Of a DNA stretch of 64,000 bases, positions 27,050 to 35,567 are shown piece by piece. Every line of letters begins with the position of its first letter. Position 1 is the first letter of the stretch. The stretch spans positions 11,100 to 75,099 of the forward strand of contig JBEPUG010000002.1 in NCBI GenBank assembly GCA_041691695.1. Direction: 5' to 3'. This stretch comes from Flavobacteriales bacterium. GTDB taxonomy: Bacteria; Bacteroidota; Bacteroidia; Flavobacteriales_F; PHOS-HE28. The notes under the pieces are model-generated. The model had not been told where the DNA came from and did not search any database. It worked only from the letters and a program-made list of their open reading frames with translations. The position numbers and the translations under genes were made by a program.

Positions 27050-27731
27050 GGACCCAGTTGTCAGTCCGATACGTATCGGACCTCCGTTGTCTGTTGTCAG
27101 GCTGGCGACCGGGCTTGCTGCGACCTTCGGCCTAGTGCTGCTCGCAGCTCTTGCTTCCGGTTGCAGTGACGATCCCATTCCGAAGCCTCGCGGTTATTTC
27201 CGGATCGACCTGCCGGCCTCGGACAGTTCACGGGTGGAAGGCAACTGCCCATTCACGGCGGAGATCCCCAGCTACGGCCATCTGGTGAAAGGGCTTGGCA
27301 ATGGCGAACAGAACGGGGATGCTTGCTGGACGGACCTGATCTTCCCCGGCCAACGCGCTTCGGTCCACATGACGTGGCGACGCATCCAAGGTGACCTTCC
27401 GGAATTGATCAACGACGCGCACGAGTTCAAGGCCAAGCATGAAGCGATGGCCTCGCGGATCAAGAGTGAAGAGGTGCTACGGGACAGCGCTCGGGTCTTC
27501 GGAACACTCTTCGACGTGGACGGCAACGTGGCCAGCCCGATGGTGTTCTACCTCACCGACAGCGTGAACAACTTCCTCTACGGCGCGCTCTACTTCGATG
27601 TGCGTCCCAACGCGGACTCACTGGCCCCCGTGACCGATCGCATTCGTGCGGACATCCGTCGCTTCGCCCAGACCCTGCGCTGGGATGACCCGGCCCGTGC
27701 GGTGCAGCACATTCAGCAGCGCGGACACTAG
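27036..27731 (+). CDS. gldD: Gliding motility lipoprotein GldD
   Basis: Lipobox LASGC followed by PIPKPRGYFRIDLP, typical of GldD. ATG 27036 overlaps gldE by 14 nt. A TTG at 27087 would give a more conventional 26-aa lipoprotein signal (see findings). Confidence 0.75.
   Translation: MKRLKDPVVSPIRIGPPLSVVRLATGLAATFGLVLLAALASGCSDDPIPKPRGYFRIDLPASDSSRVEGNCPFTAEIPSYGHLVKGLGNGEQNGDACWTDLIFPGQRASVHMTWRRIQGDLPELINDAHEFKAKHEAMASRIKSEEVLRDSARVFGTLFDVDGNVASPMVFYLTDSVNNFLYGALYFDVRPNADSLAPVTDRIRADIRRFAQTLRWDDPARAVQHIQQRGH
27051..27101 (+). repeat. Copy of the 8867-type repeat carrying a 16-nt palindromic insertion
   Basis: GACCCAGTTGTCAG-TCCGATACGTATCGGA-CCTCCGTTGTCTGTTGTCAGG. Starts 2 nt after the gldE stop. 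Confidence 0.85.
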
Positions 27732-28706
27732 CAACAGCGCGCCCAACTGGTGCATCACGCCCAAGGGTATCCACACCTGCGACACCAGCGTGAGCACGCC
27801 CAACGTGAATTGCAACAGCAAGGCGAAGTACAGCAAGCGGTCGCCTCCTTTGAGTGCTTTGTTGCGGCGGTTGGCGTAACCGAACCAGGTGATCGCGATC
27901 ATCACCACCCAGGCGAAATTGCGGTGGATGAATTGCACGCCATCCTTGTGATCCGTGAAGTCCTTCCAATAGCTACTGAACGCTAACACGTTGTCGGGCA
28001 TGAATTGACCGTTCATCAGTGGCCAATTGTTGTAGATGAAACCCGCATCGAGCCCTGCGGTGAATGCGCCGTAGATGATCTGGAACAGGACGATCACCAA
28101 GAGCCAACGCGACCATTTGCCGGCGGAGGTTCCATCGCTGAGAAAGCTGCGACGCTCCCGGCGGATGTCGAAGATGGTCCACAGCACAAGGCAGAAGACA
28201 GTGAATGCGGCGCATAGGTGGATGGCCAGCCGGTACTGGCTCACATCGGGGTTGTCCTCCAATCCACTGGCCACCATGAACCACCCCAGCGCGCCCACGA
28301 GCCCACCGCCGATGAGGATGCTCCAGCCCCGGCGCATCAGCCAGCCTTTCAGAAAGCCCTTCCGCCAGAACCAGAGGAAGGGAATGATGAAGACGAGACC
28401 CATGAGGCGGCCCCAGTTGCGGTGCAGATATTCCCAAAAGAAGATGTGCTTGAAGCCCGAGAGGTCCATCAACTCGTTGACCTCCTTGAACTCCGGGATC
28501 TGCTTGTATTTGTCAAAGGCCACCTGCCATTGGTCCGCGTTCATCGGTGGCAACGCGCCCATGATCGGATCCCACTCGGTGATACTGAGGCCGCTGCGAG
28601 TAAGGCGCGTGATGCCGCCCAGGGCCACCATGCAAGCGATCATGATACAGCCCGTGATCAACCAGATCACCACCGGGCGTAAGCCGCGCGCACTCGAATC
28701 CAACAT
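27618..28706 (-). CDS. ctaA: COX15/CtaA family heme A synthase
   Basis: 362 aa, multi-TM. GGITRLTRSGLSITEW and FFWEYLHR motifs. The 3' end overlaps gldD convergently by 114 nt, so the tail may be a chance extension. Confidence 0.85.
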   Translation of the reverse strand: MLDSSARGLRPVVIWLITGCIMIACMVALGGITRLTRSGLSITEWDPIMGALPPMNADQWQVAFDKYKQIPEFKEVNELMDLSGFKHIFFWEYLHRNWGRLMGLVFIIPFLWFWRKGFLKGWLMRRGWSILIGGGLVGALGWFMVASGLEDNPDVSQYRLAIHLCAAFTVFCLVLWTIFDIRRERRSFLSDGTSAGKWSRWLLVIVLFQIIYGAFTAGLDAGFIYNNWPLMNGQFMPDNVLAFSSYWKDFTDHKDGVQFIHRNFAWVVMIAITWFGYANRRNKALKGGDRLLYFALLLQFTLGVLTLVSQVWIPLGVMHQLGALLLVSALLNVLHRTGRVIPAQGLGEATDVRTNAIGHGGQ

Positions 28707-28784
28707 CGGGGTGCGAAATTACTTCCGCACCCGTTCACTCGGAAACGCAGAAGACATATCTCCTTCGGGTGATCACCAAAAAGA

Positions 28785-28807
28785 AACCCCTCCGAAATGG
28801 AAGGGTT
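28785..28807 (-). terminator. Hairpin plus T-run downstream of the HMA lipoprotein gene
   Basis: AACCCCTCC gaaat GGAAGGGTT (one mismatch). On the minus strand it is followed by TTTCTTTTT. Confidence 0.5.
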
Positions 28808-28829
28808 CCGAAATTTCGCGTTTCAAAAC

Positions 28830-29333
28830 TCAGATCCGCACCAGTGCCATCAACGTGGAGACGAGGTTCGGCATGGTCACCTCGGGAAGGATGGAGGCAC
28901 TTACGTCGTCGTCTTTGTCCATCTGCTTATTGGAAGCGGAAGGTGAGCTCTTCACTTCCTTGACAATGGCCAAGGAGATCACCTTGTACTGTCCGTCGGC
29001 GATGTTCTGCACGGCCTTTACAAGTTGCGCATCATCCACCTTGGTCGGGTCGTATGTCACCTTGGCGTGCCCCACCTCGTCGCCATCCTTAAAGGCGATC
29101 TCCGTTCCAGCGACACCAGGCAACTTGGTCAATGCGCCCTTGATCATGCCACCGCACATCTGCTCGCAGGTCATGCCGGTGATGCCGAGATCCGCAGTTG
29201 CGACAGGTTGGCCTTCAGTGATCGTCACCTCCTTCACAGTGCGGCCTGCGACCGCTGCGGCTTTGTCCGTGGTAGTAGATGTGGAGCACCCGCAGAGGAG
29301 GGCAATAAGAGCGATGGAGAGTTGCTTCTTCAT
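28830..29333 (-). CDS. Heavy-metal-associated (HMA) domain lipoprotein
   Basis: 167 aa with lipobox LLCGCS and an HMA-like GITGMTCEQMCGG (a CxxxC variant). Confidence 0.7.
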   Translation of the reverse strand: MKKQLSIALIALLCGCSTSTTTDKAAAVAGRTVKEVTITEGQPVATADLGITGMTCEQMCGGMIKGALTKLPGVAGTEIAFKDGDEVGHAKVTYDPTKVDDAQLVKAVQNIADGQYKVISLAIVKEVKSSPSASNKQMDKDDDVSASILPEVTMPNLVSTLMALVRI

Positions 29334-29409
29334 GGCAAGGTCCGTTCAATTCGAGGGTCAAATATACTGAGGACGACCCGGCTACCTTCGCCGGCCTTTC
29401 GGCCCGCGC

Positions 29410-30324
29410 ATGCAGCAGAACACCACGGACCACCGCATCAAATGGCTGCTGCTGGCGGTACTTTCCTTGATCTGGGGAAGCTCTTTCATACTGATGAAGC
29501 GGGGATTGTTCCAAGACGGCATTCCGGCACTCTCCCCGTTGCAACTCGCCAGCGCCCGGCTGTTCATCGCTTGGCTCGTGCTCAGTCCGTTACTCTTCCG
29601 GCACGCGCATCTCTTCCGCGCACACTGGAAACCCTTGCTGGGCACGGCCCTTTTGGGAAACGGCATTCCCGCATTCCTGTTCGCCGTTGCGGAGACCACG
29701 ATCAACAGTTCGCTTACGGGAATACTCAACAGCCTCGCGCCCTTGTTCACCTTGCTCTTTGGCGTGTTCCTTTTCGGCATCCGCATCCGGGCCATCAACA
29801 TCATTGGTATCCTGCTCGGTCTTGCGGGCGCGATCGGCACGATCGCCTTCCGTTACGGCGATGGCCTTCCATCGTGGACCGTCAATGCCGTTCTTCCCGC
29901 CATCGGCGCACTCTGCTATGGCTTCAGTGGAAACATCATCAAGCGTTGGCTGTACATGCTACCGGCCGCCGCCACTTCAGTATTGGCCATCAGCCTCCTA
30001 GGACCCGTGGGATTGATCGGCGTATTGGTGACCGGACTTCCCCACATCTTAGCTACCGTCCCAAATGCATGGCCCGCCTTAGGATCCACCGCGATCCTCG
30101 CCACCTTCGGCACAGGCATATCACTTATTCTGTGGAACGCGTTGATCAAGCGCACCACGGCAGTGTGGGCTTCCTCCGTCACCTATCTGATGCCCGTGGT
30201 GGCCATTGGCTGGGGCATACTCGATGGCGAGGTCCTTATGCCCATGCAATTCCTCATGATCGCCGTGATCCTGCTGGGCGTGAATCTGGTGAATCTTGGC
30301 GCGAAAGTGAATACAGTTCAATGA
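29410..30324 (+). CDS. EamA/DMT family transporter
   Basis: 304 aa, about 10 TM segments, two EamA-like halves. Confidence 0.85.
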   Translation: MQQNTTDHRIKWLLLAVLSLIWGSSFILMKRGLFQDGIPALSPLQLASARLFIAWLVLSPLLFRHAHLFRAHWKPLLGTALLGNGIPAFLFAVAETTINSSLTGILNSLAPLFTLLFGVFLFGIRIRAINIIGILLGLAGAIGTIAFRYGDGLPSWTVNAVLPAIGALCYGFSGNIIKRWLYMLPAAATSVLAISLLGPVGLIGVLVTGLPHILATVPNAWPALGSTAILATFGTGISLILWNALIKRTTAVWASSVTYLMPVVAIGWGILDGEVLMPMQFLMIAVILLGVNLVNLGAKVNTVQ

Positions 30325-30356
30325 TACCTAAGCTCCCCGGTAGCGGGCATTGTCAG

Positions 30357-30388
30357 CATCTGATCATCTGATCGTCCGATTTCCTGAT
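30357..30388 (+). repeat. Four tandem octamers CATCTGAT|CATCTGAT|CGTCCGAT|TTCCTGAT
   Basis: Read directly. Lies immediately upstream of the GT2 gene. Confidence 0.75.
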
Positions 30389-30399
30389 CTTTACCCCGC

Positions 30400-31146
30400 A
30401 TGTTCAAAGATAAAAAAGTCATCGTGGTGCTTCCCGCCTACAAGGCTCAGCACACCTTGAAGCAGACCTACGACGAGATCCCATTCGATATCGTGGATGA
30501 CGTGGTGCTGGTGGATGACCGCAGCCCGGACGGCACGGTTGAGGAAGCAAGACGGATCGGCATCAAACACATCGTGGTCCATGAGAAGAACACGGGCTAC
30601 GGTGGCAACCAAAAGAGCTGCTACGACAAGGCACTGGAGCTGGGTGGCGACATCGTGGTGATGCTGCATCCGGATTACCAGTACACGCCGAAACTCATCG
30701 CCGCCATGGTATCAGTGATCGGCAACGAGGTCTATCCGGTGGTCTTCGGCTCGCGCATCCTTGGTGGTGGTGCGCTGAAGGGCGGCATGCCCGTGTACAA
30801 GTACATCGCGAACCGCCTGCTCACGCTCACGCAGAACATCCTCATGGGCGAAAAGCTCAGCGAATACCACACCGGCTATCGCGCCTACTCCGCCGACGTG
30901 CTCCGCAAGTGCGAGTACCACCGCTGCTCCGACGATTTCGTCTTCGACAACCAGATGATCGGCCAGATCTTCTGGAACCGTTTCGACATCGCAGAGGTCA
31001 CCTGTCCCACCAAGTACTTCGATGAAGCCAGCTCCATCAACTTCAGCCGCAGCATGAAATATGGCTTCGGCGTGCTGAACGTGTCGTGGCGCTACTTCTT
31101 GGCGCGCACAGGCATCATGGGTTGGAAGCTGTTGGGGAACCGGTGA
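30400..31146 (+). CDS. Family 2 glycosyltransferase
   Basis: 248 aa. VVLPAYKAQHTL...DDVVLVDDRSPDGT and the DxD region are typical of GT2. Confidence 0.85.
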   Translation: MFKDKKVIVVLPAYKAQHTLKQTYDEIPFDIVDDVVLVDDRSPDGTVEEARRIGIKHIVVHEKNTGYGGNQKSCYDKALELGGDIVVMLHPDYQYTPKLIAAMVSVIGNEVYPVVFGSRILGGGALKGGMPVYKYIANRLLTLTQNILMGEKLSEYHTGYRAYSADVLRKCEYHRCSDDFVFDNQMIGQIFWNRFDIAEVTCPTKYFDEASSINFSRSMKYGFGVLNVSWRYFLARTGIMGWKLLGNR

Positions 31147-31351
31147 TACTGGGTTTTACACTGGAGAGACCCAGAGAAGAAGAGTGGAGGAACGGGAAGT
31201 AAGAAAGGGGCGTAAGGAAAGTAGGGAGGAATTTCATGTGCGTCCATCGGCGTGACCTGCGCTGAGATCGAAGACACACCTGCAACCGCTCCCATTCCTT
31301 CATGCCTCTGTGGTCTACAGTACCGAACTTCGCGCCCTCAACGCCTCACCC

Positions 31352-32401
31352 ATGACCAAAGCCGCCAAGATCAAGTCCTTCGACCCTAACTCACCCGGTA
31401 GCGCAACGGCCGATATCTACGGATTGCCGTTCACCGCGGAAGAGAGCGACATCGTGCTCGTCCCCGTGCCTTGGGAAGTGACCACGAGCTACGGCGGTGG
31501 TGCGGCCCAAGGGCCCGAGGCCATTCGCGAAGCTTCCTTCCAAGTGGACCTGTTCCATCCGGAGTTCACAGACCTGTGGAAGCGCGGCATCGCGATGGAC
31601 AAGATCCCCGACGCGCTGTTGGAGCAAAGCGCATCCTTGAAGAAGGAAGCCGCGCATGTGATCGAGCTGCTGGTGAAAGGTGGAGGAAAAACGAAAAAGG
31701 ATCGTGCCGCAAAAGCGCTGAAGCTCGTGAATCAGGAAAGCGCCGTGATGAACGAATGGGTGGAACAGCGCACGGGCTTCTGGCTGGACCAAGGAAAACT
31801 CGTGGGGCTTGTCGGTGGCGACCACAGCACGCCGCTCGGCTACTATCGTGCGTTGGCACAACGGCACAAGAGCTTCGGCATCCTGCATTTCGATGCGCAC
31901 CTCGACCTGCGAAATGCCTACGAGGGCTTTGCGGACAGCCACGCCAGCATCATGTTCAACGCGCTGGCGATCCCACAAGTGAAGAACATCGTCGCGGTGG
32001 GCATCCGGGATTTCTGCCAAGAGGAAGCGAGCGTCTTCGCGAAGGAAAAATTACGCGTCAGGCTGCACCGCAGTGCCGAGTTGCGCCGTGAGCAGTACGA
32101 AGGCATGACCTGGAAGAAACAGTGCGAGCGCATCATCGCACAGCTGCCGGAGAAAGTGCACATCAGTTTCGACATTGATGCGCTGGACCCCGCGCTGTGC
32201 CCGCATACCGGAACACCGGTGCCCGGCGGATTCGCCTTCGAAGAGGCCACCTATCTCCTCTCGCAACTGGCAGCGAGCGGAAAGACCATCATCGGTTTCG
32301 ACCTCGTGGAAGTGACGCCCGGGCCGCATGGCGATTGGGATGCGAACGTCGGTGCGCGATTGCTGTGGCACCTGTGCGGTGTGATGGCCAAGGCGCAGTG
32401 A
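31352..32401 (+). CDS. Arginase-fold ureohydrolase (agmatinase/formiminoglutamase family)
   Basis: Track ORF (GTG 31310) trimmed to ATG 31352. Mn-site motifs GGDHS, DAHLD, SFDIDALDP. Confidence 0.85.
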   Translation: MTKAAKIKSFDPNSPGSATADIYGLPFTAEESDIVLVPVPWEVTTSYGGGAAQGPEAIREASFQVDLFHPEFTDLWKRGIAMDKIPDALLEQSASLKKEAAHVIELLVKGGGKTKKDRAAKALKLVNQESAVMNEWVEQRTGFWLDQGKLVGLVGGDHSTPLGYYRALAQRHKSFGILHFDAHLDLRNAYEGFADSHASIMFNALAIPQVKNIVAVGIRDFCQEEASVFAKEKLRVRLHRSAELRREQYEGMTWKKQCERIIAQLPEKVHISFDIDALDPALCPHTGTPVPGGFAFEEATYLLSQLAASGKTIIGFDLVEVTPGPHGDWDANVGARLLWHLCGVMAKAQ

Positions 32402-32434
32402 CTTTCACCGCCAAGACGCTAAGCACGCAAAGGA

Positions 32435-32866
32435 ATGCCAGTTCCGACAGAGGGAACATCGGAAGACCTTCCGGACCGACTGCTCTTTTTTGATGGCGTG
32501 TGCAACCTCTGCAACGGCCTAGTGCAGTTCATCATTCGGCATGATCGGCGGAAGCGGCTGCATTTCGCAACATTGCAGTCCGAAGTGGGTATTCGCTTTC
32601 TCAGCGCACACGGCTTGGCCACTGCGGATATCGGCACCTCGGTCTACTGGAGAAATGGCGAAGCGCTGACGCGGTCCACCGCGGCCTTGAACGTGGCCCG
32701 CGATGTAGGCGGCGTTTGGGCCTTGGCATTCGGGCTCATGATCGTGCCCCGCTTCATCCGCGATGCGGTGTATTACCTCGTGGCGCGAAAACGCTACCGT
32801 TGGTTCGGCAAACGCGATACCTGCATGCTGCCTTCGCCGGAGCTGCGCGCGCGCTTCCTGCCCTAG
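32435..32866 (+). CDS. DCC-family thiol-disulfide oxidoreductase (DUF393)
   Basis: 143 aa with the FFDGVCNLCN motif. Confidence 0.8.
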   Translation: MPVPTEGTSEDLPDRLLFFDGVCNLCNGLVQFIIRHDRRKRLHFATLQSEVGIRFLSAHGLATADIGTSVYWRNGEALTRSTAALNVARDVGGVWALAFGLMIVPRFIRDAVYYLVARKRYRWFGKRDTCMLPSPELRARFLP

Positions 32867-33690
32867 CCTTCTGCCTGCGGATCGAGCTGTTGCAGCACGA
32901 GCAGCGGGATGTGAGTGTGCATCGCCAGCCGCTTGGCGGCGCTCGTATGGAAGAGGCTTTCCAGAAATCCGGTGTGATGGTGCAGCACCACCACCATGTC
33001 GGCCTTCTCTTGATCGGACAGGAAGTCGATCACCCCGGCGATGTCCTTGCCTTCCCCGGAGGTGAAGCGGTGAGGCACGGCCTGCAGAAGTTCCTCATAC
33101 ATGGCCACCACGTTCGGGTCCGGTACCTCATCGGCGTTCTTCAGCACATGGGCAAGGATGACCTCCGCCTTGGTGCGCAATGCGATGTCGATCAGCATGC
33201 GGCTGCCGGCGACCTCCACGTGCTGTTCGCCATCGGCGTAGAGGATCCGCTTCACCGGTTTGATCTCTGCCCTGTTCGGCACCACCAGCACCGGCACCTT
33301 GCTGTGCTTCACCACCTCGCCTGCATTGCTGCCCAGCATATCGTTGCCCGAGCTGCCCAGCGTGCCCATCACCACGATATCAGCGCGCTTTTCCTTGGCC
33401 AGTGAGTTGAGCATTTCCGGTAAGGCCCCGTACAGCACTTCTGTGCGGACCACGGCGTTGGCGAACTCGGGCATGGCGCGCACCCGATCCGCCCAAGCGC
33501 TCATGCCGATCATGGAGGCCTTGTAGATCTCATCCGCCATGCCGGGCCACGAGTTGAGCGCCGGATCCATGTCGATGTAAGCGTGCATCAGGGTGTACAC
33601 ATTGTCCTCCCTGCCGAATAAGTGTGCAGCATATGAGCTTGCGTGAAGTGCGTTGTCGCTGAAATCCGTTGGAAGCAGAATATGGGCCAT
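32863..33690 (-). CDS. Universal stress protein, tandem UspA domains
   Basis: 275 aa, two Usp halves each ending in a G..G(9)G(S/T)-like ATP motif (MGTLGSSG...). Confidence 0.85.
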   Translation of the reverse strand: MAHILLPTDFSDNALHASSYAAHLFGREDNVYTLMHAYIDMDPALNSWPGMADEIYKASMIGMSAWADRVRAMPEFANAVVRTEVLYGALPEMLNSLAKEKRADIVVMGTLGSSGNDMLGSNAGEVVKHSKVPVLVVPNRAEIKPVKRILYADGEQHVEVAGSRMLIDIALRTKAEVILAHVLKNADEVPDPNVVAMYEELLQAVPHRFTSGEGKDIAGVIDFLSDQEKADMVVVLHHHTGFLESLFHTSAAKRLAMHTHIPLLVLQQLDPQAEG

Positions 33691-33824
33691 GGTGCGGTTT
33701 GGATGGGAGCAAAGTTAGCGGACGCGAGCGCCGCATTGGGCCAGCCCGGCTGACGAAGGTCATCCGCTACCAGCGGGGCTTCCGCTAATCTTGGCACATG
33801 GCTTTGCTGCTTGATCCAGGCCCC

Positions 33825-34343
33825 ATGGCGGACACGATACGATCGCTGGCGGAATTGGTCCGCGTGCTCGAACCGGGATCACGTTCGGCGGGCTACACCG
33901 ATGCGCTGCTGCGCTTCTCGCTGGATCCGGAGGAATTGGCGGCCTTCTGCCACTGGAACTCGCGGCACTACACCCGGCAATGCATCCATCGCACGCGCGA
34001 GCATGAGCTGATGCTGATCTGCTACGAGGAAGGCCAGCGCACCAGCATCCATGATTACGACAGCCAGTTGGCCTGGATAAAGCCGGTGCTCGGCAGGGTG
34101 CTGGAGGAGCGCTTCCAAGCCACAGCGGATGGTAAGTTGACCCGGCACGGCGAGAAGGTCCTCGGCATCGGCGACCTCTCCTACATGGCGGCGAAAAGCT
34201 GTATCCATCGGCATTCGAACGCCGGTGCGGGCCGGGCGATCACGCTGAATCTCTATTCGCGGCCGATCCTCCGCTGGCGCGTGTACGACGAACGCACGGA
34301 TCTGGCATCACTCTCCGGGACCGGCGAGGCGGGTGGCGAATAA
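33825..34343 (+). CDS. Cysteine dioxygenase type I-like cupin protein (variant metal site)
   Basis: Aligns by eye with bacterial CDO homologues (Y.R..I.R...E......T.IHD[H->Y]....VL.G.L; CIHRHSN...LNLYSRP). The second His of the usual HDH motif is Tyr here. Start is ATG 33825 or 33798. Confidence 0.55.
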   Translation: MADTIRSLAELVRVLEPGSRSAGYTDALLRFSLDPEELAAFCHWNSRHYTRQCIHRTREHELMLICYEEGQRTSIHDYDSQLAWIKPVLGRVLEERFQATADGKLTRHGEKVLGIGDLSYMAAKSCIHRHSNAGAGRAITLNLYSRPILRWRVYDERTDLASLSGTGEAGGE

Positions 34344-34358
34344 CTTCGCCGACCAACG

Positions 34359-35567
34359 ATGCCGCAAGGGGAATCCAACGTCGATCCGGTACACCTGGAG
34401 CGGGTGCGCGAGATGCTGTTCAGCTCCGCTGCCGAAGGGCTTGTCCTCGTGGACAGGTCCGGCGCGATCCGTATGCTGAACCCGCGCCTGCTGGAACTCT
34501 TTGGCTACGGGAAGGGCGAGCTTATCGGTCGTTCCATCGAACTGCTTCTCCCGCAAAGTTTCCGCGCTGCGCATGTCATTCAGCGTTCCGTCTACAATGC
34601 GAGTCCTTCCAAGCGCCATATGGGACATGGGCGCCAGCTGTCCGGGCTGCGCAAGGACGGCTCGGTCTTCCCTGTGGAAGTGGGCCTGAACCATTTCACC
34701 GTGGACAACGAACTGTACGCCATGGCGCTGGTGACGGACATCTCCGAGCGGCGTAAGTCGGAGGACGCGCTTCAACGCAATACAGCGGACCTGGAAAAGC
34801 GGGTCGATGAACGCACCGCGGAACTCGAACAAGGCGCGCGCACGGTGGAGATCGCCTTGGACCGCGAGAAGGAATTGAACGCACTGAAATCGCGCTTCGT
34901 CTCGATGGCGTCGCACGAATTCCGCACCCCACTCAGCACCATCATGGGTTCGGCGGACCTCATCGCGCGCTACACCGAAGGGCCGGGCAACGAGAAGGTG
35001 CACAAACACGTGCAGCGCATCCGCACGAAGGTGCGCGACCTCACCGCCATCCTCAACGACTTCCTTTCCTTCGAGCGCATCGGTCAAGGTGATGTCTCCT
35101 CGGTGCCCGAAGAACTCGACATCGTGCATCTCTGCATCGGCCTCATTGAGGAACTGCGCGGCATGGCCAAGCCGGGCCAAGCGCTGGAATACGAGCATGC
35201 CAGCGATGAACGCACCGTGACGCTGGACCGCAGCATGTTGGTGAACACCATCACCAACCTGGTGACGAACGCGATCAAGTATTCGCCGGAAGGCCGGCCG
35301 GTGATCCTGCGCACGGCGGTGGACGATGGCTGCCTGCGCATCGCGGTGATCGACAAGGGCATGGGTATTCCGCCCGCGGATCAAGTGCATCTCTTCGAAC
35401 CCTTCTTCCGCGCGCAAAACGTGCTCACCATCCAAGGCACCGGCCTCGGCCTCAACCTCGTGAAACGCTACCTTGACCTGATGGGCGGCGAGATCACCTT
35501 CACCACCACGCCCGACCAAGGCACCACCTTCAACGTGCGGATACCCAAAGACCGGAACAGAACATGA
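34359..35567 (+). CDS. PAS-domain sensor histidine kinase
   Basis: 402 aa. PAS N-terminus, H-box SHEFRTPL, G-box GTGLGLNLV. Confidence 0.9.
   Translation: MPQGESNVDPVHLERVREMLFSSAAEGLVLVDRSGAIRMLNPRLLELFGYGKGELIGRSIELLLPQSFRAAHVIQRSVYNASPSKRHMGHGRQLSGLRKDGSVFPVEVGLNHFTVDNELYAMALVTDISERRKSEDALQRNTADLEKRVDERTAELEQGARTVEIALDREKELNALKSRFVSMASHEFRTPLSTIMGSADLIARYTEGPGNEKVHKHVQRIRTKVRDLTAILNDFLSFERIGQGDVSSVPEELDIVHLCIGLIEELRGMAKPGQALEYEHASDERTVTLDRSMLVNTITNLVTNAIKYSPEGRPVILRTAVDDGCLRIAVIDKGMGIPPADQVHLFEPFFRAQNVLTIQGTGLGLNLVKRYLDLMGGEITFTTTPDQGTTFNVRIPKDRNRT

Noticed and set aside
27618-27731. Considered whether the 114-nt convergent overlap of the ctaA and gldD 3' ends is a functional overlap.
   Set aside because: It is more likely that the last ~35 codons of the ctaA frame (…RVIPAQGLGEATDVRTNAIGHGGQ) are a chance extension, or that the overlap is tolerated. 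Nothing in the sequence argues for function.
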